Below are positions 40,864 to 54,076 of a stretch of 64,000 nucleotides of DNA, one piece after another. Both the position numbers and the translations under genes were made by a program. The stretch spans positions 29,202,001 to 29,266,000 of the forward strand of contig OX597823.1 of assembly GCA_951406725.2 (NCBI GenBank), given 5' to 3'. How positions within the stretch are numbered: the first letter of the stretch is position 1; every line of letters begins with the position of its first letter. The notes under the pieces are model-generated. The model saw nothing but the letters and a program-made list of their open reading frames with translations, made no database searches and had not been told where the DNA came from. Origin of the DNA: Octopus vulgaris (lineage: Eukaryota).

Positions 40864-41130
40864 ATGTATATATATATATGTGCGTCTGTGCGTGTGTGTG
40901 TGTGTGTTTGAGTGAGTGCATGTGTGTGTATTTGTGTGTCTGTGTCTGTGCCATCACCATCGCTTGACAACCGATGTTAGCGTGTTTAGGTCCCTGTAAC
41001 TTAGCGGTTCGGCAAAAGAGACCGATCGAATAAGTACGAGGCTTACAAAGAATAAGTCATGGGGCCGATTTGTTCGACTTAAGTCGGTGCTCCATCATGG
41101 CCGCAGTCAAATAGCTGAAAGAACTAAATG
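40670..41130 (+). mobile_element. SINE family A, full copy
   Basis: Aligns with 25825-26222; the central microsatellite is expanded. Confidence 0.8.
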
Positions 41131-41399
41131 AATATATATTGTTAGAACGCAAATAACACACAACGATATGCTCACCGTCTCACCGTCATTCAGAGTTGGT
41201 GCAGTACGCAGTGCTCCTGTGGGGGACCCTACGCGGACACACCTGAAGAGGGACACCGAGGATGACAGACACTACACCCTGGGAGATGCAGGACATGGCA
41301 GCGATGATGAGGGACAAACACCACTAGAAAGAACTCGTCTATGGATCTCGGGAATTTTACCCGCACTAGAAGATATACACACAAATATACATATATGCC

Positions 41400-41461
<62 letters not shown>

Positions 41462-41489
41462 TATATATGCATATATATATGTATATTGC

Positions 41490-41806
<317 letters not shown>

Positions 41807-42007
41807 TGAGTGTGTGAGTGTGTGTATGTATGTATGTATATTTAATATATATATATTTAAATTATATATAGTTAAATTCTCGGTTCGATAGTGATACGCG
41901 TGAGGAGTCTAATGCGGGCCCTGTATGAGAATGTATATTTTAAATAAAATGAGACGACAAAGATAAGTCTGTGTGAAATTTTCAAGACATTTATAAAGAG
42001 GAAGTTT

Positions 42008-42055
42008 GTCTTACAGCTGTTTCTGGGATATTAGGTATATCCCTTCATCAGAGAC
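42008..42055 (-). ncRNA. Minimal type I hammerhead ribozyme in a PLE pseudo-LTR (element ~41870-42450)
   Basis: GTCT CTGATGA A-GGGATAT ACCTA ATATCCC-A GAAA CAGCTG TA^AGAC. Upstream remnant ...SPLNEQ resembles a PLE ORF end. A related copy lies at 62010-62420. Confidence 0.8.
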
Positions 42056-42447
42056 GATGTGAGATGGTTAAATTGAGGGAAATATTAGAGTTCAATATAA
42101 GGAGTTATTTGGGAAAAGGAAGAAAGTATATAGGGGAATAGGAAAATGAATGTAGAAATAAAAATAAAAGATATATAAAGCTGTTATGTTTGCAGTTCCT
42201 TTATCCAAGGAAAGTGGTGTGTAGAAGTGGTTGAAATGCTTCTTGTCCGTGGTATGTAAATTTCGATAGGAGTGTGGAGACGTAGGTTCCATGTGCTGCT
42301 CATTCAAAGGGGACTTGTGGTGTGAATGAAATTTTGAGAATGTAGTGGTAGTATTAAGTGGATAGAGGGGGAGAAGAGATGTGTATGTTAAAATAAGGAG
42401 AGTAGTCAAAAGGAGAAGGTGAGAAAGGAAGGAAAGAAAGAGGAAGA

Positions 42448-42563
<116 letters not shown>

Positions 42564-42845
42564 GTGTATAGATACATATGTACATGAAAGCAGACAATCA
42601 TACACACACACACACACATACACACATTGTTTGTGTATTCTATTTCAATCTTCAGCGGAACCTTTATGTCAGTGAAAACACATGCGCAAGTTCTATTGCC
42701 GTTTAGTGCTATGAATCAACTAGTTAACTAATGAACCGATCAACGAATCATTTAGTTGGCGAATTGCTTCCTGAAACGGTTGGTTTCTCAGGAGTCCTTT
42801 TGTCGCCATACGCAATCTACCTCATTAGTCCATTTACCGAAACAG

Positions 42846-42947
<102 letters not shown>

Positions 42948-42948
42948 A

Positions 42949-42981
<33 letters not shown>

Positions 42982-43189
42982 TGTATATATAGTTCAAATT
43001 TACAGAAAGAAAAAGACGAAGATAGGTGAGCGAACCAAAAGCAGGTTTATTAGTTTAACACGCGGGAAGAATCGGAAAGTCTTTGACGTTTCGAGCCGAT
43101 GCCCTTCTACAGAAAGGGTTGAGATAAATAATGAGAAAACGAAAAAAGGGAGAGAAAAATGCATGTGTATATATGTGTGGGTGTGTTCT

Positions 43190-43368
43190 TTTATTCTTTT
43201 ATTTATTTCAGTCATTTGACTGTGGCCATGCTGTAGCACCATCTTTAGTCGAACAAATCGACCCGAGAACTTATTCTTTGTAAGCCTAGTACTTATTTTA
43301 TTGACCTCTTTTGCCGAACAAGCATCGGTTCTCAAACGATGATGGGGGAGACAAACACAGACATATAA

Positions 43369-43422
<54 letters not shown>

Positions 43423-43580
43423 GGGCTTCTTTCAGTTTCCGTCTACCAAATCCACTCACAAGGCTTTGGTCGGCCCCAGGCTGTAGTAGAAGACATTTGT
43501 CCAAGGTGCTACGCAGTGGAACTGAACCCGGAACTGCATGGTTGGTAAGCAAGCGACTAACCATGCAGCCACTCCTGCGC
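43190..43580 (-). mobile_element. SINE family A, full copy
   Basis: Reverse complement of the family A consensus. Confidence 0.8.
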
Positions 43581-43610
43581 TTTATACATATACATATGTG
43601 TGTGTGTGAG

Positions 43611-43688
<78 letters not shown>

Positions 43689-43719
43689 AAAGAATATATA
43701 TAAAAGAATATATATATAA

Positions 43720-45458
43720 ACCAAAGAATTCTTTGCCACTTACCTCTAGCCAAAGAGGCAAAAATTGAGTACATCAACATTGAAGATAATGATATCACAC
43801 TGGCCATAGATGAGATTGACACAAACAAACTCAGCTGCTGGACCTGATGGATTTCCAACGATCCTTCTCAAATCGTGCAAACGAGCCCTTGCAAAACCAC
43901 TACAGCTTCTTTTTCAGAGCTTTCTTGCAAGTGGTATGCTCCCAGTCAAATTGAAAGAAGGGGTTATATGCCCTATCCATAAGGGAGGAAGTAGAGCAGA
44001 TGCTAAAAATTATAGACATATCTCTCTGACCTCACACATCAGCAAAGTCATGGAACGAATAGTCCGCAAGAAATTAATCCTGTTCCTTGAAGAAAATGAC
44101 TTGCTGACTGACTCCCAGCATGGATTTCGACCAGGTGGAAGCTGTCCAACACAGCTCCTGCAACACTATGACTGGGTGTTAAAACAGCTACTAAATGGCT
44201 CAAATGTGGATGTAATATATCTCGACTTTGCAAAAGCCTTTGATAAAGTCGACCATAGTATGATCTGTCACAAACTGCGTGATCTCGTCATTGGCGGAAA
44301 ACTTGGAGAGTGGCTGCACAACTTCCTACAAGAGAGAAGGCAGGCAGTTGTGGCCAATGGAACTACCTCCAAGGAAGCACAAATAACAAGTAGTGTTCCA
44401 CAGGGCACTGTCTTGGGTCCACTGCTGTTCATAGTGGCCCTTTCAGACATGCCCTCAGTTGCTATGATGGCCACCCTTGCTAGCTATGCAGATGACACAA
44501 AAGTCTCTCACACAATACAAAACCCCAAAAATATTGCACATCTGCAAAGGGAGTTGGAAAGAATATACAACAACATGCAGGTTAATGCAGGGAAGTTCCA
44601 AGCCCTGCGCTACCGGTACACAAAGGTGAACGATATGCAGACCGGATACACTGGCCCGGGAACAATTGTAATTCCTGAGTCAAAATGAGTGCATGACCTG
44701 GGCATTGACATGAGCAATGATGCATCTTTTCAAGTGCATATTACTAATTTGGTAATAAAATGCAGACGGCTAGCTGGATGGATTCTCCAAACTTTCAGAA
44801 CAAGAGAGGAGACACTGATGGTCCTTTGGAAGACATTCGTCCTCAGCCACTTGGACTACTGCTCCCAACTATGGTCACCACACAATATAAAGTTAACAGC
44901 AGAACTCGAAGCAATCCAACGAAGCTACACTAAGAAGATCGTCTCAATGCAACATATCAGCTACTGGGAAAGACTGAAAGTATTAAAATTCTTCTCCCTG
45001 GAGCGAAGGCGGGAGATATATTCAGTGATATACATCTGGAAAATCCTGGAGGGTCTTGTCCCGAATTTTGGCATTTAAAGTTACCCCAACAGCAGAACGG
45101 AGCGCCACTGCATGGTGCCAAAGATCCCAACATCACCATCAAAATACAGGACCAGATACTGCAAGAGCTTGGGTTTCAGAGGACCACATCTCTTCAATAT
45201 CCTTCCTAAATGCTTGAGAGACCTGCATGGTGTGGATGTGGGTTTCTTTAAAACTAAACTGAATCCCTTCTTGTCAGGGGTTCCAGATGAACCTGCCTTT
45301 CGGCAGGAAACACAGATGCGGGCAGCGCCGTCGAACACCCTTGTTGATCAAGTGTCACGTATCAGAGGTGGTTTCACATACTAGTGCAGCTCACTCAACG
45401 GTGGTGCCCCAGCGTGGCCGCAGCCTTCGGGCTGAGACATTTTTAAGGATTTAAGGAT
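43720..45458 (+). mobile_element. CR1/L2-group LINE, 5'-truncated, reverse transcriptase pseudogene
   Basis: SAAGPDG...NYRHISLTSHISKVMERIV...QHGFR...YLDFAKAFDKVDH...VPQGTVLGPLLF...YADDTK...DLGI...HLDYCSQLWSP...YWERLK...SLERRRE. In-frame stops; (TTTAAGGA)n tail. Confidence 0.92.
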
Positions 45459-45461
45459 ATG

Positions 45462-45538
<77 letters not shown>

Positions 45539-45544
45539 GTATAT

Positions 45545-46940
45545 GTGAAAAAAGTATTCGTACAGAACATAAATAACTGATAATTCTGATTTAATACTTG
45601 GTAGCATAACTATTATTCAGTTCCACTTCAATCAATCTCTTGTATTTCTTAATCAATTGACTCGTATGTTTCTTTAGGAATTTTTTCCCATTCTTCTTGA
45701 CAATTTTTCTTCAAATCTGGAATGCACGTTGGGGCTCTTGAATGAATTTTAATTTTCAAATAACGCCACAAATTTTCAATGGGGTTCAAGTCAGGTGACT
45801 GGCTTGGCCATTCTAATAATTTTATATTGTGATCGACAATCCATTTTTTGGTAGACTTCGCCGTGTGCTTAGGATCGTTATCCTGTTGTAAAACCCACCC
45901 TTCACAAAGCTGGAGCTTTTCCACAGAATCCCATAAATTATTGTTCAAAATATTTTGGTACATCTCTGCATTCATTCTACCATCTATCACATGTAAATTG
46001 CCAGTACCATTTGCAGAGAAACACCCCCACACCATGATGTTGCCACCTCCAAACTTTATGGTAGGAATTGTGTTTTTCGGCGAATAGGCAGTACCATCTT
46101 TCCTCCAAAAATGGCTACGTGAATTTCTTCCAAACAATTCAATTTTCGACTCGTCTGTGCATAGAACATTTTCCCACAATGTATCAGGTTTATCTTTATG
46201 TTCATAAACAAATTTTAAATGGACATCTCTATGCCTTTTCATCAACAGCGGAGTTTTTCTAGGAGAGCGTGATTTCAGTTCATTTCTATGAAGTTCATTG
46301 CTGATTGTTCATAGTGTAACACTAGTCCCTGATGCTAACAAATCTTGCAACTCCTTTTTGGTGATCCTTGCGATTTTTTTTTTTCGATTCTTCACTTCAT
46401 TTTTCTAGGGGAAATCTTGCATGGTGCACTGGATCTTATTCTGTTTTCAACAGTTCCCAATTTTTTATATTTTTGAATAAATGAAGATATGGTAGAAAAT
46501 GGAATACAAAGGGTCTCCGATATTTTCCTGTAACTTTTACCTGCTTTCCACTGTTCAATAATTTAGTTTTTCACTGTATTTGTGAGTTCTTTTCGCCATT
46601 ATTACGATACTACTTTATGTTGTCTCAGTGCTGAATGAAGAAGCTAGCGTTTTGACACTTAAAAATGACAACTGATAAGATTATTGGAACAAACGAGAAA
46701 GTTCTAGTAAAAAAAATTATTCTAACAGTATTTTGTGGTATAGAATTCATAAATTTACGAATACTTTTTTTACCCATAAATATTTTTGATTGTATATAAA
46801 TTCCTTAGTTACTATAATTTATTAGTTTCTTTTGCATAGTTTATGCATCTGTATGCAAATATAGTATTGATATATCCCATTTATGTTCATTAGAAATTAA
46901 ATAAAGAATTTTGACATGTGCGAATATTTATTTCCCCCCA

Positions 46941-46943
<3 letters not shown>
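45545..46943 (-). mobile_element. Tc1 (DD34E) transposon with IR-DR type ends; transposase pseudogene 45600-46599
   Basis: 5' end TA|CAGTGGGGGGAAATAAATATTCGCAC, with inner repeat AAAAAAGTATTCGTA at ~46760 and ~45550. Translation KELT...GKSYRKIS...; TDESK...[11 protein letters not shown]...QQDNDPKH...[15 protein letters not shown]. Frameshifts and stops in the N-terminus; the outer part of the 3' TIR is missing. Confidence 0.92.
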
Positions 46944-46987
<44 letters not shown>

Positions 46988-47037
46988 CATACATACATAT
47001 ATACATATATACATACATACATACATACATACATACA

Positions 47038-47069
<32 letters not shown>

Positions 47070-47114
47070 CATACATACATTTATATATATATATATGTAT
47101 GTATGTATTATATA

Positions 47115-47314
47115 TTCTTTTATTCTTTTACTTGTATCAGTCATCTTAACTGTGGCCGTGTTGGAGCACCTCCTTTAGTCGAACAAATCGGCCCCTAAAG
47201 CCTAGTACTTATTCTATTGGTGGTCTTTTGCCGAACCGCTACGTTATGAGGACGTAAGCACACCGCCGACCTCGGTTGTCAAGCAATGGTGGGGGGATAC
47301 CGACACACAAACAT

Positions 47315-47372
<58 letters not shown>

Positions 47373-47543
47373 TATATATGTATATATACGACGGGCTTTC
47401 TATTCACCAAATCCGCTCATATGGCATTGGTCGGGCCGAGGCTATAGTAGAAGACACTTCCCCAAGATGCCTTGTAGTGGGACTGAACCCGGAACCATGT
47501 GGTTGGGGAGCAAGCTACTTACCACACAGCCACTGCTGCGCCT
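47115..47543 (-). mobile_element. SINE family A, full copy
   Basis: Reverse complement of the family A consensus. Confidence 0.78.
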
Positions 47544-47575
47544 ATACAGCCACTCCATATATATTTATATATATA

Positions 47576-47801
47576 CAGTATTCCCTCGACTATCGCGGGT
47601 GTTACGTTCCAAATCCCACCCCCGCGATAGATGAAAATCCGCGAAGTATAAACAGTACTGCATTTTTTTATTATTTTAATTTCAATATATTTATTTTATT
47701 ATAAATGCAAACCAACACCAGAGGAATCGATGTATGCTTAAATAATAAGCCGCGACAGGTGGACCGCGATAGGTGAACCGCGATATGACGAAGGACTACT
47801 G
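47576..47801. mobile_element. pogo/Tigger-like MITE with TA TSD
   Basis: TA|CAGTATTCCCTCGACTATCGCGG ... CCGCGATATGACGAAGGACTACTG|TA, with internal CCGCGATAG repeats. Confidence 0.75.
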
Positions 47802-47923
47802 TACATACATACATACATACATACATACATACATACATACATACATACATACATACATACATACATGCATAAACATTGTATGCATATATATTATATTACA
47901 TTATATTTACATATATATCCATA

Positions 47924-47982
47924 CTAGCAGTATCGCCCGGCGTTGCTCGGGTTTGTAAGGGAAATAACTATATAAGCATTTT
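47924..47982 (-). mobile_element. Helitron 3' end (same family as 33181-33573)
   Basis: ctagcagtatcgcccggcgttgctcgggtttgtaagggaaataactata is identical to 33181-33229. Confidence 0.85.
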
Positions 47983-47984
47983 AC

Positions 47985-48200
47985 GATTCCATTTTCTTTT
48001 TCAGGAACAGCTTGATATATTGGTAAACAGCCAACGGAGTTGGAGAGCATAAAGATACGAGTCGTGTTTGAAAAAAGTTAACTGAGATGAAGAACTGGAA
48101 GTCATCTGAATATTGGAGATGTGTTACCTTGCCAAGGGGGTTCGCGCCAGGTATCAAAATGCCGACATCACGACTGCTACTCAAAGCTCTGTAAAGTCTG
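47985..48200 (-). mobile_element. Possible L1/Tx1-like RT remnant
   Basis: VGILIPG...KVTHLQYSDD resembles the GI-x-I...SHLQYADD RT catalytic motif. Confidence 0.35.
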
Positions 48201-48371
48201 TAAAAACTTTAAGACGTAGTCACAATTTATGTTGCTAACACTAGCTGAATGATAACTTATTATTATTATTATTATTATCATGAATGATTATTATTCAGGA
48301 AGGGGCACGGTAGGCATTTTGACTGCGCACACAGGCCGAAATTCATCCAACATCTTTGAACAGGGCGTTAA

Positions 48372-48626
48372 CCCTTTCATTACCAACCCGGCTGAAACCC
48401 ACTCTGGATCTGAGTACAAATCTCTTGTTTTGAGAAATTTTGAATTAAAATCTTCCACTAAACCTTAGTCACAATTTATGTTGCTAACACTAGCTGAATG
48501 ATAACTTATTATTATTATTATTATTATCATGAATGATTATTATTCAAGAATGATAAATTTTTTGTTATATTTCAAGTAATTGAAAGGAACACAGAGCATC
48601 TCAACAGAAATATGGTAACAAAACAG
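48372..48626. mobile_element. piggyBac-type MITE with TTAA TSD
   Basis: TTAA|CCCTTTCATTACCA ... TGGTAACAAAACAG|TTAA. Confidence 0.65.
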
Positions 48627-49099
48627 TTAAAATACGTAATATAAAAACAATTCTTAAGCTCAGTTCAGACGGCTATGTGAAGATGGTGGAGACTGTATTC
48701 AAACCCAGGCTAGAGAGGATTGCTAATGGAACGCTCCTTGTCAGGATCCAGTTCTTGTCATGCTTCTGGAAAGAAACAGAAGTGTTTGCCGAAAAATTTC
48801 TACGAGTTTTCCAGCCCAAATATCTGGTTCCCAATTACCTCGATTCTAATCAGTTGAGGCAGGATTCGCTCTTACTTTTAGCATGTCAAATGACGATGCA
48901 CACACAACCATAGCAATAATACCTGTCGTTGGAGTGGTTGTTGTTTCGTATTCCAGTTGTAAACCAGCAGGCCCTTGATCGAGACCTTCCTGTCGTGACC
49001 ATCGCTTCTTCTCCAAGACGGCGGGTTCGCCACCACATTCCTCGAGTGCCTCGTGGTTGTCGGCGTCGCTGATGTTTTATGAAGATAAGTGTTGTCACG

Positions 49100-49411
49100 G
49101 TACAGCGATGATGGTCATGGTGATAGTGGTGGTGATGGTGGTTGCAGCAGTGGTTGTGGGGTTGGTGGTGATCGAGGTGGCGGTGGCGTGATAATGGTAA
49201 AGGTGGTGGTGGTGGTGGTGGTGGTGGTGATGTGAGTGACGTTTGTTGTGGTGGGAGCTGGGTGATGGTGATGATGGCGGTGATTGTGGTGGTGGTCCTG
49301 GTGTTGATGATGTTGATGATCGCAGAGATAACGGCGGCTGTGGAGATGATGGTGGTGATGGTGGTGGTGGTGATGATGATGATGATGAATATGACGATGA
49401 TTATGATAATA

Positions 49412-49442
<31 letters not shown>

Positions 49443-49629
49443 TGGTGATAATGATGATGGTGTTGCTGATGATGATGGGGTGGTGGCGATGGTGGTGGTA
49501 GTGATGATGATAATGACGATGGTAATGTTGATGATGATGGGGGTGGCAATGGTGGTGGTAGTGGTGATGATAATGGTGATGATGATGGTGGTGGCGGTGA
49601 TGGTGGTGGTGGTGTGGTGGTGATGATGG

Positions 49630-49660
<31 letters not shown>

Positions 49661-50225
49661 GATGGGGTGGTGGCGATGATGGTGGTGGTGATGATGATGG
49701 TGATGATCGTAGTGATAACGGTGTTGGTGGTGATGGTGGTGGTTGTGATAATGGTGGTGTTAAAGTATGTAAGAATCGCTGTTGTTATTATTGTTGTTGT
49801 TGTTGTTGTTGTCGTCGTTGCCGTTGCTATAGCAACAGCCGCAACAGGTATCGTCGTCACAATTTTCCGTTGCACACACACACACTGTCACTCGGTGTTG
49901 TGGGAATTGTTTTGCTGCTTCTAATGTTACCACGGCTGCTACTGCTGCTACCGCTGCTACTGCTGACGATGGTGATGATGTCGTTGCTGCTGCTGCTACT
50001 CTTCCTGCTGTTGCTCTTCCTGCTGCTGCTGATGATGCTGCTGATGATGATGATGATGATGATGATGAAAGTGGTGGTGGTGGTGATGATGATGATGATG
50101 ATGATGATGACAACGACGACAATAGTGATAATGTAACTCATAATAATGTCTACATTGCTTATAGTAGTAGTAGTAGTAGTAGTAGTAGCAGCAGCAGCAG
50201 CTGCTGCAGCAATAGTAGTAGTAGC

Positions 50226-50260
<35 letters not shown>

Positions 50261-50830
50261 CAGTAGTAGTAGTAGTAGAGTGAACATCACTTGCAACAGG
50301 TGACATTGCAGTTTTCCGTTTCACTGCCACAGTTATTGTTGTTTCTGTTGTTGTTGTTGTTGTTGTTGTTGTTGCCATTGCTGTCGTCGTCGTCGTCGTC
50401 ATAATCCTTATTATTGTTTCTGCTGTTGTTGTTGTTGTTGTTGTTGTTGTCATCGTCGTCGTCGTTGCCATCGTTGTTGTTGTTGTTATTGCAATTGCAG
50501 TTGCAGTTGTTGTTTCTGTTATTGATGTTATCATTGCCATCGTTGTTGTCGTTGTTGTTGCTGTTGCAGTTGTTGTTGTTGTCACTAGCGTCGTCGTCGT
50601 CGTAGTTGTCGCCTTCGTTGTTGTTGCTTTTGTTGTTGTTGTTGTTATTGTTGTCGTCACAGCCGTCGTTGTTGTTGTTGCTATAGTCTTCATCGTTGTT
50701 GTTGTCGTCGTCATAATCGCTGTTGTTGTTGGTGTTGTTGTTGTTGTTGTTGTTGTTCTTGTTGTTGTTGTTGTTCTTGTTGTTGTTCTTGTTCTTGTTC
50801 TTGTTCCTGTTCTTGTTGTTGCTGTTGCCT
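49100..50830. repeat. Compound trinucleotide repeat field (GGT/GAT/GTT/GTA/GCT)
   Basis: Seen directly; interrupted by short unique islands. Similar fields at 16850-17330, 38860-39365, 54400-55510 and 56000-56125. Confidence 0.9.
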
Positions 50831-51783
50831 GTTTTGCTTGTTTAACGATTTTGATGTTGCCTTTGATAAGAGAGTCGTTAACAGAAGCCACCCGTTTTCT
50901 CTTTTATTTTTTTGCTTTTGTTTTTGACGGGTGTCCTCGTTCCACCCCCGCCTCGTTCCCACACCCGAGCCCAAAAGCTCGTCACCCGAAACACATCGTT
51001 AAACCTGTCCAACCGAACCCAACAACGTTGCATCTGTACAGGAAACAAGAAAGAAAGAAAACAAAAACACAGAAACAAACAAACAAACAAAGCTTGTAAA
51101 CGACTGAAGGGTGTGAGTGGGGTCGTGGCGTGGGTGGGGTAAGAGACGTGGGTGGGTGGGGTGGGTTGAGGGGTGTGGACTGGGGAAAGACACACCAATC
51201 TCTGCCAAATGGAAATCGTTTTCTCAGTGGAACAATTCATCAACCATGCAATCCCGTGAAGCTTACAACGTGTGTATGTGTGTGTATGTATTTGTGTGTT
51301 TGTGTCTATGAGTATTTGCGTATTTGTGTGTGTATTTGTGAGTATGTGTGTGTGTTTGTGTGTGTGTATTTGTGTATGTGTGTTCGTGTGTGTGTATTTG
51401 TGTGTTTGCGTGTGTGTATTTGTGAGTGTGTGTGTGTGTGTGTATGTGAGTTTTGTGCGTGTTTGTGTGTGTGCTTTTGTATGTGTGTATTTGTGTGCTG
51501 TTTGTGTGTGTGTGCTTGTGTGTATTTGTGCGTGTGTGCTTTGCGTATTTGTGTGTGTGTGTGTGTGCGTGTGTGTGTGTGTGTGTGTGTACGTATATCA
51601 CACGGTTTGCAAGCTCTTTTCCCTACAAAACCGCAAGCGATCCTTTTAATCATTTCCTAAAAGAATTGCCGAGCCTGTGTAGTAAAAAGCTTACTTCCAA
51701 ACACAGCCGTGTGAGTGGATTTGTAGACGGAAATGTGCGTGTGTGCGAGCGTGCTGCGTGTGTGTGAGTGCGTGTTTGAAGCT

Positions 51784-51856
51784 CTGATGAAACTGGAAGG
51801 TGTTACTCAGGCACACAATTATGAGCATACCACACCTTATAGCGGAAACAGCTGTG
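51784..51856 (+). ncRNA. Hammerhead-like motif with long stem II, probably inactive (G at the cleavage position)
   Basis: CTGATGA AA CTG G AAGGTGT...ACACCTT A TAG CG GAAA CAGCTG TG; stem I is poor. Confidence 0.5.
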
Positions 51857-52435
51857 TGAATCTCATAAGACAATAGTTTATTTCTTCGTCATCTCGTGAG
51901 GGGTCAGTGAACTAAAGCGATACTCATGTTCCATGGACATGAATGCGTCTCTTGAGGCCTACAAACCTTTTGGCAAATGGAGCAAGTTGAGGACTCAGAG
52001 CAAGTTGAGGACGCGTTCGCCACCACAACCTCGTTTAGGCTTAGCAGCCCTTCCTGTTTGTTTTCACTGACCTGTCAGTGTTATCTATTTTGACCCACTG
52101 CAAACCCCAAAATTTTATTTAGTTTGCTCTGCAGGAGCAACTGTTTTATCGAAAGCGTATATTGTTGTCAAGTGCTCGAAATATGAGAGTAGTGAAACAG
52201 CCAACAACTGATGAAGGGTCATTCTTTATGTTATTTGTCTTGTTTTCCATTTGTGTCTTTCGTTGTTCGAAAGAATAGTTCATATTCCATGTACTCGTGC
52301 TTCGTATTTTCTTGGTTTGTACACGTTACGTGACGTACTCTGCACACATATGCTTATATATATACGTATAGCTGTAAATAAGTACAGAGCTGCGGCCATG
52401 CTGATGCACCACCGTTTATATATATATATATATAT

Positions 52436-53048
52436 AGTCAAAATAAGGGCGAAAAAATTGAATATCAATTAGTAATATCAATTCAAACACCAAGTGGCCT
52501 AGCGTATAAAAGACTGGGATACAGTAAAAATTATTAATACAAAACAATAAGAGAGAGTCCACTATGTGGACGCCCTAACGCTAGATATAGATCCGCAAAG
52601 GGAATCCGCCACCAAAGAATCGTTCTCAAGAATTAATTCAACGCGCCAAGAACGTAAGCGAGCAGGGAAAATGAAAGATAACGAAAAAATAGATTAACTC
52701 TATACAATTGTTTCATCGTTAATAGATTATGTAATTTTGCTTACATAAGTATTTTCGAATCGTCAGTAGAGTACCATCAGAATATAATTTGTCGAGCCGA
52801 ACGGCAAAATCCACACGATGTTGAACAGAGACGAACGGTACAGCCGATTATATTCACAGTTACATTCGAATGCCCTCATTCTGGCGCGCTAAATCCCCGG
52901 ATGTAAATACTGCCAAAGTAATTTACTGCCGGTTTGAGAACATATTAATTTAAATTAAAGTCAAAATAAGGGTGAACAAATTGAATATTAATTAGTAACA
53001 TCAATTCAAACACCAAGTGGCCTAGCGTATAAAAGACTGGGATACAGT
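52436..53048 (-). mobile_element. Retrozyme/PLE pseudo-LTR-like unit: 523-bp period with 90-bp direct terminal repeat
   Basis: 52436-52525 is repeated at 52959-53048 with about 4 mismatches; intact HHR inside. Confidence 0.75.
52697..52772 (-). ncRNA. Type I hammerhead ribozyme with extended stem II
   Basis: ACTCTA CTGACGA T-TCG AA AATA C TTATGTAA GCAAAA TTACATAA TC TATT AA CGA-T GAAA CAATTG TA^TAGAGT. Confidence 0.82.
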
Positions 53049-53937
53049 GTGTCCCAGTTGATCCGCCTGATCGTGAAATTTTCATCTTCTACATCATGAC
53101 ACACTCTCTCTTAAAGCAACTTCGGCAGAACCAGTCCTAACGAGGACTTGGCCTCCTATTTTACATCCACAGTTGTCTCTCATCCTCGAGAAAATTCACG
53201 GAAACAATATCGTTGCACATGATGTCACCAAAGCATTGTTTGAGTTAAATGCAAGAACTAATCTCAATGGGCAAAACTGATAAAGCATCGGAAGAAATGC
53301 CATGCGTTATTTCGTCCGGCTTTCTATGTTCTGAGTTCAAATATATCAGAGTCGACTCTGCCGATCATTATTTCGGGATCGATAACCGAATTACCAGTTA
53401 AGTATCAGAGTGAATACGTGTGGCATAATGATTACGGTGTTATGTTGACAATCGTAAGATCGTGGTTTCAATTCTCGGACCAGGCTGTGTATTGTGTTCT
53501 TGAGCAAGGCACTTCATTTCACGTTGTTTCAATCCACTCATCAGTAAATAAATAACCTTGTGATGGACTGGCGTTCCGTTCTGGGGAGGGGAAGGAATGT
53601 TGTGATCTCGAGTATTTATTGCTATGGAAACCGAGTAACAGGTCCTATGTTACTCGAGTTAGTAACGTCCAATGGACTGAGGTCAATGGTAAAGACTAAC
53701 CTCCTTCCCTGAAAACTCCTTTGCACTTAAATAAGAAATCATCGATAAAGAGAGAGAGACTATAATGGGATATGGAAGCTATAATGGGATGTGAAGGCTA
53801 TAATGCATCAGTTTGAGAATCACTGATGGCATATAAAGTAGTGTCAATAATCTTTCGCTAATTGTTCTACGAAATTTTTGTTCATTATTTACCTTATTTA
53901 CATTATTTACATTTGACGGATAGTTGTCCTCATCTAC

Positions 53938-54031
53938 GGGCATATGGCATAGTGATTAAGAGCGTGGGCTACTAACCCCAAGATACCGAGATCTATTCCA
54001 GGCAGTGACCTTAATAATAATAATAATAATA

Positions 54032-54076
<45 letters not shown>

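Noticed and set aside
48886-50891. 331-aa and 344-aa Thr/His-rich 'mucin-like' ORFs
   Set aside because: They are built from compound triplet repeats open in several frames on both strands, with no signal peptide or domain.
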